A DNA stretch of 32,000 bases, from assembly GCA_043566505.1 (NCBI GenBank), contig CP121322.1:2194353-2226352 (forward strand). The letters are read 5' to 3'. This DNA is from Luteolibacter sp. Its GTDB lineage: Bacteria > Verrucomicrobiota > Verrucomicrobiia > Verrucomicrobiales > Akkermansiaceae. A model generated the notes under the pieces. That model saw only the letters and a list, made by a program, of their open reading frames with translations, was not told where the DNA came from and did no database searches. Position numbers and translations under genes: made by a program. Shown here piece by piece: positions 16,970-24,347 of the stretch (its first letter is position 1; every line of letters starts with the position of its first letter).

Positions 16970-17895
16970 TTCGGTCGAACCAGGAGCGGCATCGGAGCGC
17001 TTCCTTCGCCGCCCTCGCGCCAGTAGGCGTGGGTCATGCAGTGGTGTCGGCCGACCTCCTTGCCCGCCTCCACTTCGCGTCCTTTGGGGACAGCCCAGTG
17101 GAAGAGTCCGTTGAAGCGGGTGACGCGTTTGCCAGTGGCTGAGGGTTTGACGTGTTCAAGGAATGTTGAAAATCGACCGATGACTTTCTTTTCGTTGAGG
17201 GTGTTTGCCACCTCGCAGAAGCGCTCGAGTGAGACGCCGGCGATTTCCGCACGCTTGTCCCACGGGTTTGGGCAAACCTCATCGAGGCTGAGCTCTTCCT
17301 TGAGGGCGAGCAGCACCTTCCATTCCTCCTCATTGAGGTCGACTGTGGCGGTGGTCATCATTACGGCAGGGGTGTCGGTTTTATCGCCGGGTTCCAGGGC
17401 TTTGCGGCGGGTGTGGCCGACTCCAAGAGCGAACACACCATTGGCAGGCATCAGAAGGTATTCGGTGGCACCGGTAAGGCGCATCAGCACCTTTGCATGC
17501 TCGTCTAGAGATTCGCCAACAGGCACCTTGAGGGTGGTCCACAGGCGATAGCTGGAACCGGAGACATCGCTGTCAGTCGAGCGAATGACGACGTGACCCG
17601 AGAATGGATCTTCTTTGGCCATGAACTCGAAGGCATCGTTGAGTTTTTCCTCGGGGACTTTCCAAGCGACCAATGCGCCGTGCGCGAGTTTGGTGGAGAG
17701 CAATGTTTGTCGAACGCGGCGAATGATTCCCGCTTCCAGCATGACGCGGATGCGCTCAATCACCGTTTCGAGAGGAACGCCGGATTGCTCGGCGATGATG
17801 TGAAACGGTTTCTCCTGAAAGCCAGCCACCAAATCTTCCGAGATGGCGAGGATTTGCGCGTTGATGGGATCGTTGTGTTCGACGGGAATGGACAT
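16966..17895 (-). CDS. Tandem Lrp/AsnC-like two-module protein (siroheme decarboxylase AhbA/AhbB- or NirDL-like); second module appears C-terminally short
   Basis: It has two HTH+RAM-like modules. Module 1 has GIIRRV...ALVAWKVP...SGHVVIRS...YRLWTTL...FALGVGH. Module 2 has KKVIGRFSTFL...GLFHWAVP...HCMTHAYWREGG and then ends after 14 more residues. Confidence 0.55.
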   Translation of the reverse strand: MSIPVEHNDPINAQILAISEDLVAGFQEKPFHIIAEQSGVPLETVIERIRVMLEAGIIRRVRQTLLSTKLAHGALVAWKVPEEKLNDAFEFMAKEDPFSGHVVIRSTDSDVSGSSYRLWTTLKVPVGESLDEHAKVLMRLTGATEYLLMPANGVFALGVGHTRRKALEPGDKTDTPAVMMTTATVDLNEEEWKVLLALKEELSLDEVCPNPWDKRAEIAGVSLERFCEVANTLNEKKVIGRFSTFLEHVKPSATGKRVTRFNGLFHWAVPKGREVEAGKEVGRHHCMTHAYWREGGEGSAPMPLLVRPK

Positions 17896-17900
17896 GGTGG

Positions 17901-17936
17901 TAAATGCTGAAAATTGGAAATTCTGAAAAGCTGAAA
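17901..17936. repeat. CTGAAA-rich short dispersed repeat, copy A (partner at 30621-30656)
   Basis: TAAATGCTGAAAATTGGAAATTCTGAAAAGCTGAAA shares AAATGCTGAAA and T(G/T)GAAATTCTGAAA with copy B. About 25 of 27 aligned positions match, apart from one 8-nt indel. Confidence 0.7.
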
Positions 17937-17943
17937 GCGGGCT

Positions 17944-19242
17944 TCAGCTGTTTTGGATGAGGTGTTTGAGGTATTCGAGAGCGGATTCGCGATCAAGGAT
18001 TCTTCCTTCGAGCTGTTCGGTTTCGATGGTTTGAAGGATCTCCTTGAATCGTGGTCCTGGTTCTAGGCCGTGATCGATGAGATCGCGTCCCTTGACCAGA
18101 GGTTCAGGGATAAGGGGCTCGGCATCAAACTCTTCCTGTTTGATGCGGAGAAAATCGTAATTTTCGGTGAATCCGTTGGATGACCCGCAATCGACACGAT
18201 GCAGCTCCATTTCCTTCTCAAAGGTGGGCTGGGACATGAATCGTTTCAACTTTGCCACGCGCATTTGCTGAACATTCATGAACTGCATGTGGCGCGCGAC
18301 CATGGGGACGACGGAGTCGATGGTGTGATTCGGGTAACGAAGTCGGCGGAGGATGGTCTCGGCCATCTCCGCGCCCATCGCATCGTGGCCGTTGAAGCGA
18401 ATCCTGCCGGTGTCATCATCGACACTGCGGCAGGGAGGCTTGGCGATGTCGTGCAGGAGAACCGCAAGGCAAAGATCGAGCGGGGCATCATCCTCAAGCA
18501 TATCGAGCATGATCATGGTGTGCGTGAAGACGTCTCCTTCGGGGTGCCACTGAGGAGGTTGGTCGCAACCGATGAGGGGCATGACTTCTGGAATGAACTT
18601 CTCCATCAAGCCTGTGTTGACCAATCGCTCGATACCATCGCGCCTTCTAGGGGAGGTGATGATTTTCGAAAACTCATCGCGGATTCGTTCAGGTGATATT
18701 TTTCCTAACAGATGAGCATTCTCTTTCAATGCTGCTTCTGTTGTGGGCTCGATGTTGAATCCGGTATATGCAGCAAAGCGCACCGCTCGAAGAAGGCGGA
18801 GCGCATCTTCGGTGAATCGTTTGTTGGGGTCGCCGATGGCGCGAATGATTTTCGCGTCGATGTCTTGGCGTCCGTCCACGTAGTCGAAGATCTCGCCAGT
18901 GGTGGGGTTCTCAAATAGCCCATTGATCGTAAAATCCCGGCGTTTGGCGTCTTCCTCTGGGGTCGAGAATTCAACGGATTCAGGGTGTCTCCCGTCCTTG
19001 TAGCTACCGTCGGTGCGGAAGGTCGCGATTTCGATCATGTGGCCACTTTCCTTGGCGATGATGACGCCAAAGTGAGCGCCGACTTCATTGGCGCCGGGGA
19101 ATAGGCCGAGAACTTCTTTGGGTGTTGCTGATGTCGCGATGTCGAAGTCTTTGGGTTGTTTGCCGAGCAGTTGGTCGCGCACCGAGCCACCCGCAAAATA
19201 AGCGGTGTGGCCGGCTTGATGAAGTCGGCCCGCCAATGCCAT
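17944..19242 (-). CDS. cca: CCA-adding enzyme / tRNA nucleotidyltransferase with C-terminal HD domain
   Basis: It has the Pol-beta NTase motifs GGSVRD and DFDIAT, then RRDFTINGL and the HD motif LLHDIAKP. The ORF is open to 19377, but that extension overlaps ubiE. The ATG at 19242 (MALAGRLHQAGHTAYFAGGSVRD) fits the family N-terminus. Confidence 0.88.
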   Translation of the reverse strand: MALAGRLHQAGHTAYFAGGSVRDQLLGKQPKDFDIATSATPKEVLGLFPGANEVGAHFGVIIAKESGHMIEIATFRTDGSYKDGRHPESVEFSTPEEDAKRRDFTINGLFENPTTGEIFDYVDGRQDIDAKIIRAIGDPNKRFTEDALRLLRAVRFAAYTGFNIEPTTEAALKENAHLLGKISPERIRDEFSKIITSPRRRDGIERLVNTGLMEKFIPEVMPLIGCDQPPQWHPEGDVFTHTMIMLDMLEDDAPLDLCLAVLLHDIAKPPCRSVDDDTGRIRFNGHDAMGAEMAETILRRLRYPNHTIDSVVPMVARHMQFMNVQQMRVAKLKRFMSQPTFEKEMELHRVDCGSSNGFTENYDFLRIKQEEFDAEPLIPEPLVKGRDLIDHGLEPGPRFKEILQTIETEQLEGRILDRESALEYLKHLIQNS

Positions 19243-19277
19243 GGCTGCCTCGCGAGCAGTGATGGATGATGGTGTGC

Positions 19278-19958
19278 TCAAGGTGTCGGGCGTGTGCCTT
19301 CGTAAATGGAGACGACTCCGCATGTCAGTGGTGTTGCGTCGGTATCGGTAAATCCGGTCGACTCTAACAAATCGCACATATCGGAGCCAGAGGGGAATTG
19401 CTCAATTGATCCGCCGAGGTATTCGTAGGCGTCCTTTTGTGCGGTAAGCATGCCTGCGAGTTTTGGGAGAATGTTGTGCAGGTAAAACCGGTAGGGTGCC
19501 CGCAAGATTCCTCGAGGCAGTGAGAAGTCGAGGATGAGAAGTTTACCGCCAGGTTTCAGCACGCGATGCATCTCGGTCAGTGCAGCTGGGTAGTCGGCCA
19601 TGTTGCGCAGGCCAAAAGCGACGGTAACAACATCGAAGTGATCGTCATCGAAAGGCAGTTTCAAGGCATCCGCGACGAGGGTCTTGTGAACGCCACGGCT
19701 CGATGCGTGGGCGAGCATCTCGGCGCAGAAGTCTGAGGCGATCACATCGCATTTCGGGCAGTGGTCTTGGATCTCGAGGGCGAGGTCGCCAGTGCCGGAT
19801 GCGACGTCCAAGAGAGTCTTTGGTTTGATACGGCGGATGCGAGCGGTGACGACTTTGCGCCACCAAATGTCCATGCCGCAGCTCAGCACATGGTTGGTGA
19901 GGACATAGCGATCAGCGATACGAGCAAAAGCATCGCGAACATAGACGGCATCTGGCAT
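19278..19958 (-). CDS. ubiE: Demethylmenaquinone/ubiquinone C-methyltransferase (UbiE/MenG)
   Basis: The N-terminus VRDAFARIADRYVLTNHVLSCGMDIWWRK, the SAM motif LDVASGTGD, and AFGLRN with the C-terminal YLGGSIEQFP are all UbiE/MenG hallmarks. Confidence 0.9.
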   Translation of the reverse strand: MPDAVYVRDAFARIADRYVLTNHVLSCGMDIWWRKVVTARIRRIKPKTLLDVASGTGDLALEIQDHCPKCDVIASDFCAEMLAHASSRGVHKTLVADALKLPFDDDHFDVVTVAFGLRNMADYPAALTEMHRVLKPGGKLLILDFSLPRGILRAPYRFYLHNILPKLAGMLTAQKDAYEYLGGSIEQFPSGSDMCDLLESTGFTDTDATPLTCGVVSIYEGTRPTP

Positions 19959-20008
19959 GCCTGACCTTTGGGCTGCACCGACGAGTAATCAAGCGGTAAG
20001 GCTGAGAA

Positions 20009-20446
20009 TCACTGACTCTTCTTGCGAGCTTGCTTGAGGATCTCAGGGTTTGCTTCCAGCGTTTCCACGACGGCGCGAATGGCTTTCAGTGTGGGGCGGG
20101 AGATATGGTGTTCCATGCCTTCAACGTCTTTGTAGATCGTTTCTTCTTCAATATCGAAGAGGCGGAGGAAGTGGGTGAGTGTTTCGTGGCGGTCAATGAT
20201 CGCCTTGGCGATGCGGTGGCCTTCATCGGTGAGAGTTGTGCCGCGGTATTTTTCGTGGACGACCAGTCCCTCGGCGTCCAATCGACGAAGCATATTGGTC
20301 ACGCTGGCTTGAGAGATGTTGAGGTTCTTAGAGATGTCGATCGCTCGGGCGTATCCTTTTTCCTCAATGAGGTGGAGTATCTGCTCAAGGTAGTCGTCCA
20401 TCGCAGTGGATCCCGATCCACCAGAACGGTTTGCTTCAGTCGTCAT
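20009..20446 (-). CDS. mntR: Metal-dependent transcriptional repressor, DtxR/MntR family (MntR-like, no SH3 domain)
   Basis: The 145-aa protein has a wHTH (ISKNLNISQASVTNMLRRLDAEGL). Residues are present at the MntR metal-ligand positions (DDYLE, DRHETLTHFL, VEGMEHHIS). Confidence 0.85.
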   Translation of the reverse strand: MTTEANRSGGSGSTAMDDYLEQILHLIEEKGYARAIDISKNLNISQASVTNMLRRLDAEGLVVHEKYRGTTLTDEGHRIAKAIIDRHETLTHFLRLFDIEEETIYKDVEGMEHHISRPTLKAIRAVVETLEANPEILKQARKKSQ

Positions 20447-20490
20447 GTCAAAAGACCCTACTCATGAATTCCGGTCTGCAAAGGCAAGTT

Positions 20491-20504
20491 TTAGCCTAGG
20501 CTTA
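20491..20504. promoter_or_regulatory. Palindrome upstream of mntR, candidate DtxR/MntR-family operator
   Basis: The perfect 10-bp palindrome AGCCTAGGCT (20493-20502) sits within TTAGCCTAGGCTTA, 47-56 bp upstream of the mntR start. A TTAGGTT element lies 6 bp beyond it (20509-20515). Confidence 0.3.
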
Positions 20505-20519
20505 TTTTTTTAGGTTTCC

Positions 20520-21125
20520 TCATCTCCGCCGAGATTGATGCCAGGCGGAGGTGTCTGGATTGAGCAAGAGGTCGAGATTCTTGTCCTGAATGTCCAGGGC
20601 TTGGATCAAATGCTCTAACAAGACCAATGAGGCCACGGCATCGAATAGAGCATCGTGCCATGATTTTTCGGGCACCAGTTCTCGGACTTTATCGTCCAAC
20701 TGGAGAGCGGTGCAGAGTTTGCCGAGAGAATGGTCTGGAAGCGTCGGCCACGCTGCGCGCGCGAGCAGAAGGGTGTCGATCCATGGCTCGAAGCCGTGAC
20801 CTGGAAATGCCCTCAGGAATCGTTTTTCGGTGCCTTTGCCGTGAGCGACGACCACGGCATCCGCGAGTCGTCCTTTGAGTTCCGGCCAAAGGGAGAGTAG
20901 GCTGGGGGCTTGTTTGAGGTCATCGGCGGTGATGCCGTGGACTTTCTGAGCTGACCACTGGATGGGTTGGTCGGTGGCGAGGTAGGAGACGTAGGGTTGG
21001 TGATGGCCTTTGTTGACGGACCAGTGGGACAGCCCGACTTGAACCGGGCTATCGGTTTTTCCACGACTTGCTCCCGCCGACTCGAAGTCGATGGCTGTGA
21101 AGCGGCAATCACGGATGGCAGGCAT
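20520..21125 (-). CDS. 3'-5' exonuclease, DnaQ-like DEDDh family
   Basis: Exo I FTAIDFESAG and Exo III WHDALFDAVA (Hx4D) are present. At 201 aa it is a stand-alone exonuclease domain. Confidence 0.75.
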   Translation of the reverse strand: MPAIRDCRFTAIDFESAGASRGKTDSPVQVGLSHWSVNKGHHQPYVSYLATDQPIQWSAQKVHGITADDLKQAPSLLSLWPELKGRLADAVVVAHGKGTEKRFLRAFPGHGFEPWIDTLLLARAAWPTLPDHSLGKLCTALQLDDKVRELVPEKSWHDALFDAVASLVLLEHLIQALDIQDKNLDLLLNPDTSAWHQSRRR

Positions 21126-21216
21126 CGGGGTGACTCTGGCATTTGGGGCCGAGCGGAAGCAATCGCAATGGTGTTGGGATGTTGCAAATTGCGGGGGATG
21201 GTGGATTTTGGCGGTG

Positions 21217-21828
21217 ATGACAGATTGGGAACAACGCTATCAGGATGGAGATACGCCATGGGACAAGGGATCCGCGGCGCCGCCATTGGTGGAGTTGTTG
21301 GAGAAAAAGGGGCCGGAGCTTTTTGGGGATGGTTGGGTGATGGTGCCTGGATGCGGGGTGGGCCATGATGTCAGGGAGTTGTCTGGGGCGGGACTGACGG
21401 TCTTGGGAGTGGATGTTGCGTCATCGGCCATAAAACGTGCCCATGATTATCCACGAGCCATGGCTGAGGCCTATGAGTTAGGAGACATTCTGGACGTGCG
21501 CTGGCGCAATGGGAGAGAGGGGCAATTCAGCGGGTGGTGGGAGCACACGTGCTTTTGTGCCATCGACCCATCGATGCGCGACGCCTATGCGCAGGCAGCT
21601 GGCGAGTTGCTCACAGAGGGCGGAGTTCTGGCGGGGGTGTTCTTTTTGAATCCCCATGATCTAGGTGAGGAGCAGGACGGGCCGCCCTACGGGGCGACTG
21701 TCGACGAGATCCAGTCCCGCTTTTCTGCATGGTTTGAATTTTTGGAGGGTTGGGTTCCCGGATCGGCCTATCCGGGGAGAGAAGGTCGCGAGTGGATTGG
21801 GATATTTCGGAGATTGCCCAATCCCTAG
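21217..21828 (+). CDS. Thiopurine S-methyltransferase (TPMT) family SAM-dependent methyltransferase
   Basis: It has MTDWEQRYQDGDTPWDKG, VPGCGVGHDVRELS, TCFCAIDPSMRDAY and GPPYG. The ORF is open from 21091, but that part overlaps the divergent exonuclease start region. The ATG at 21217 gives the family-typical N-terminus. Confidence 0.8.
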   Translation: MTDWEQRYQDGDTPWDKGSAAPPLVELLEKKGPELFGDGWVMVPGCGVGHDVRELSGAGLTVLGVDVASSAIKRAHDYPRAMAEAYELGDILDVRWRNGREGQFSGWWEHTCFCAIDPSMRDAYAQAAGELLTEGGVLAGVFFLNPHDLGEEQDGPPYGATVDEIQSRFSAWFEFLEGWVPGSAYPGREGREWIGIFRRLPNP

Positions 21829-21875
21829 GTTGCGAGATGCACGAGATCCAGCTAGCGTGTCGCTATCTTCAACGT

Positions 21876-22865
21876 ATGAAACGAATTTTCACAGCGACTT
21901 GCATCGGCTTCTTGGTGGTGACAGCCATTGGGGCTGAGGACGAGCGACTGTATGTGAACAACAAGAAAGTGCCTGAGAACCGTCAGGACCTTGATGCCAT
22001 CCAGTCGACTTTGATGAAGGTTTTGCCGAGAGCTCGCGCGGCGACGGTTTGCGTGAAACTAGGCAAAGGTTCGGGGTCGGCGGTCATTGTTTCGCCAGAT
22101 GGATTGGTTCTCACTGCGGCACACGTCAGTCAGGACGCAGGCAAAAAAGTCACCTTGGTTTTTGAGGATGGGACAGAGGTGGAAGGCAAGACCCTGGGTC
22201 TCAACTCTGAGACCGATGCCGGAATGATTCAGATTGTTACCAAGCGTGAAGAAGAATGGCCTTATGTTGAGATCGATCGGGACGATGCGTCCATTCTTGG
22301 TGATTGGGTGTTTGCATTGGGGCACTCTGGTGGGTTCGACAAAGACCGCGGCGTGGTGGTGCGATTGGGTCGCCTTGTGCGGTTGGCGAATTCGACTTTT
22401 CAGTCCGACTGCTTGCTCATTGGTGGCGACTCGGGAGGCCCGTTGTTTGACATGAATGGCAAGTTGATCGGCATCAACTCGCGGGTGGGCAAAGAGCTTC
22501 AGAGCAACATGCACGTGCCGATGACGGAGTTCACCAAGTATTGGGACGAGATGGTCAAAGGGGAGTTCATGGGTGAAGGTCCATTTGCACAGAAGGCCGT
22601 TAAAGGAAACGGCTACCTTGGGATGGCGTCGGAGGCCCACGAAGGCGGAGGAATCAAGGTCACCGTGGTTGGTGAAAATTCGCCTGCAGAAAAGTCAGGA
22701 ATCAAAGTGGGTGATGTGCTTCTCACCATGAACGAGAAGCCACTCTCAAAGCGGGATGATTTGAAAGAAATCATGAAGGATTTGTCTGTCGGGGATGAGG
22801 TCGTTTTTGAGCTCACGAGAGATGGTAAAAAAGAAACTCTAACAGTAACTATCGGTGAACGTTAA
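21876..22865 (+). CDS. Secreted HtrA/DegP-like trypsin-fold serine protease with C-terminal PDZ domain (catalytic triad intact)
   Basis: It has a signal peptide (MKRIFTATCIGFLVVTAIGA), the His motif LVLTAAHV, the Asp motif ETDAGMIQI, the Ser motif GGDSGGPLFD, and a PDZ (GIKVTVVGENSPAEKSGIKVGDVLLTMNEKPL). The ORF is open from 21750 and an alternative ATG lies at 21837. Confidence 0.88.
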   Translation: MKRIFTATCIGFLVVTAIGAEDERLYVNNKKVPENRQDLDAIQSTLMKVLPRARAATVCVKLGKGSGSAVIVSPDGLVLTAAHVSQDAGKKVTLVFEDGTEVEGKTLGLNSETDAGMIQIVTKREEEWPYVEIDRDDASILGDWVFALGHSGGFDKDRGVVVRLGRLVRLANSTFQSDCLLIGGDSGGPLFDMNGKLIGINSRVGKELQSNMHVPMTEFTKYWDEMVKGEFMGEGPFAQKAVKGNGYLGMASEAHEGGGIKVTVVGENSPAEKSGIKVGDVLLTMNEKPLSKRDDLKEIMKDLSVGDEVVFELTRDGKKETLTVTIGER

Positions 22866-23856
22866 TTGGATCATAGCAATCGCTACCATTGGAGCAGTGA
22901 TTTCGGCGGAGGCTCAGATGAGCTTAGAGGCACCCTACCGTAGCACGGGCAAGGCAATGATGCAGGTGTTTGAGCCGCAGCGAGCGGTCATCCAAAAATC
23001 CAGCGCTGTGATCATGGATGGTCGCGATGAGTCGGCCTATGGCGTGGTGATATCTCCTGACGGTTACATCCTCACCAAGGCAAGTGAGTTTGAGCTGCTG
23101 AAAGACCCTCAGGTCTTGATTGATCGCAAGAGATACAAGGAAGTTGAGGTGTTTGGAACGGACCCGAGCTGGGATGTTACGCTCATCAAAGTTGATGCAA
23201 CCAACTTAACACCAGTGATATATGCAGAATCTAGCGAGGTCAAAACTGGAACTTGGGTGGTTGGAAATGGAGCGACCTCCATGTTCAAACGGCGTGTTTT
23301 GATGGGGGTCGTGGCCGCGAATATTCGCGAAGTGCCTGCTGAAGGAGGCTTGGCGATTGGTGTCCAACTCAAGATGGAGAAGGATCAACTGAAGGTTGAG
23401 AAGGTGAACGAAAAAGGGGGAGCCCATGATGCCGGGATCAAAGAGGGCGATGTGATTTTGAAAGTCGAGGGGAAGTCGGTCAAAAAAGTTGAGGACATTG
23501 CCGAGCTGCTGAATGACAAAGAAGCAGGAGACAAAGCGGAGTTCATTTGCCTGCGTGACGGCAAGCAGGTGAAGGTCATGGTAGAGCTCAAAGTGAAGAA
23601 AGATTTGTTTGGTGGGCAGATGAGCCGCAACGACATGATGAGTGGTTTGTTTTCCAGGCGGAGAAGTGGGTTTCCTCGGGTCTTACAGCACACCATTCTT
23701 GGAGCTCGCAACACCGTGGGTGGGCCGCTCCTTAATTTGGACGGCGAGTGCCTAGGAATGAACATCGCTCGTGCCAACCGCGCGGAGAGTTTCGCTATCC
23801 CAGTTGAGAATTTGAAAGAGATTGGTGAGCGATTGATGAAAGAAGCGAAGAAGTAA
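22855..23856 (+). CDS. HtrA-like pseudoprotease: trypsin-fold paralogue lacking catalytic His and Ser, with PDZ domain inserted inside the fold
   Basis: A GTG start at 22855 overlaps the upstream gene by 11 nt, and the signal peptide is MNVNWIIAIATIGAVISAEA. YILTKASEF aligns with LVLTAAHVS (His to Ser77, 23083-23085). NTVGGPLLN aligns with GDSGGPLFD (Ser to Val288, 23716-23718). The PDZ-like segment (about 23347-23680) lies between these motifs. Confidence 0.7.
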   Translation: MNVNWIIAIATIGAVISAEAQMSLEAPYRSTGKAMMQVFEPQRAVIQKSSAVIMDGRDESAYGVVISPDGYILTKASEFELLKDPQVLIDRKRYKEVEVFGTDPSWDVTLIKVDATNLTPVIYAESSEVKTGTWVVGNGATSMFKRRVLMGVVAANIREVPAEGGLAIGVQLKMEKDQLKVEKVNEKGGAHDAGIKEGDVILKVEGKSVKKVEDIAELLNDKEAGDKAEFICLRDGKQVKVMVELKVKKDLFGGQMSRNDMMSGLFSRRRSGFPRVLQHTILGARNTVGGPLLNLDGECLGMNIARANRAESFAIPVENLKEIGERLMKEAKK

Positions 23857-23883
23857 GTCGGATTTCCTAGTTTTCACCCTCAT

Positions 23884-24171
23884 ATGATTGATCTCGTTAC
23901 TTTGCTTCTCATTGTCGCCGTCTCCTTGATGGTTGTTTTGGTGCTGTTGTCGGTTGTAGTTCTTCGTCGTTTGGGCCGACTCCAAAAGCAGCTTGGATCT
24001 TCCCAAGTGGCTCATCGCGAGTCACATCAGCCTGTCCAAGAGGTTGGGTCGGGCAGTGCATTTGATGAGTTTCTGAACGAAGATCCAAAGCGTCAGACGC
24101 TGACCAAGTCGGAGCAATTTGCGGAGTTCCGAAAATGGCGAAAAGAGAAGGGGATGAATTGGTCAGGTTGA
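23884..24171 (+). CDS. Small single-pass membrane protein, unknown function
   Basis: The 95-aa protein has an N-terminal TM (LVTLLLIVAVSLMVVLVLLSVVVL) followed by a charged soluble tail. I recognise no motif. Confidence 0.45.
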   Translation: MIDLVTLLLIVAVSLMVVLVLLSVVVLRRLGRLQKQLGSSQVAHRESHQPVQEVGSGSAFDEFLNEDPKRQTLTKSEQFAEFRKWRKEKGMNWSG

Positions 24172-24178
24172 GGGGCTA

Positions 24179-24197
24179 ATTGAGACCCATTCTCAAT
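24179..24197. promoter_or_regulatory. Inverted repeat ATTGAGA-N5-TCTCAAT upstream of the act operon (possible regulator site or weak terminator)
   Basis: A perfect 7-bp inverted repeat lies at 24179-24185 and 24191-24197. This is 8 nt after the small-protein stop and about 150 bp upstream of actA. No T-run follows it. Confidence 0.2.
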
Positions 24198-24347
24198 CGC
24201 ATAAATTGCCTAAAATAGGTTTTTTTCCATTGCAAGAAGAGCTTGGGTTTGCATCCTCGCCGCGCATCGATGGGCGTCCCTTGTTCATTGATGTCCGAAT
24301 GAGAAATCATTCGAAAATCCCCATCTCGTACTGCATCGCTCACCGCC

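Noticed and set aside
20520-21125. Possible deviation of the Exo II motif in the DEDDh exonuclease (HGKGTEKRF where HNxxFD is expected)
   Set aside because: My by-eye alignment of this segment is too uncertain to claim a catalytic substitution. Exo I and Exo III motifs are clear.
21091-21216. Upstream extension of the TPMT-family ORF
   Set aside because: It would overlap the divergent exonuclease start. The family-typical N-terminus (MTDWEQRYQ..TPWD) begins at 21217. Similar upstream extensions were trimmed for the HtrA-like gene (21750-21875), cca (19243-19377) and the desulfurase (11659-11694).
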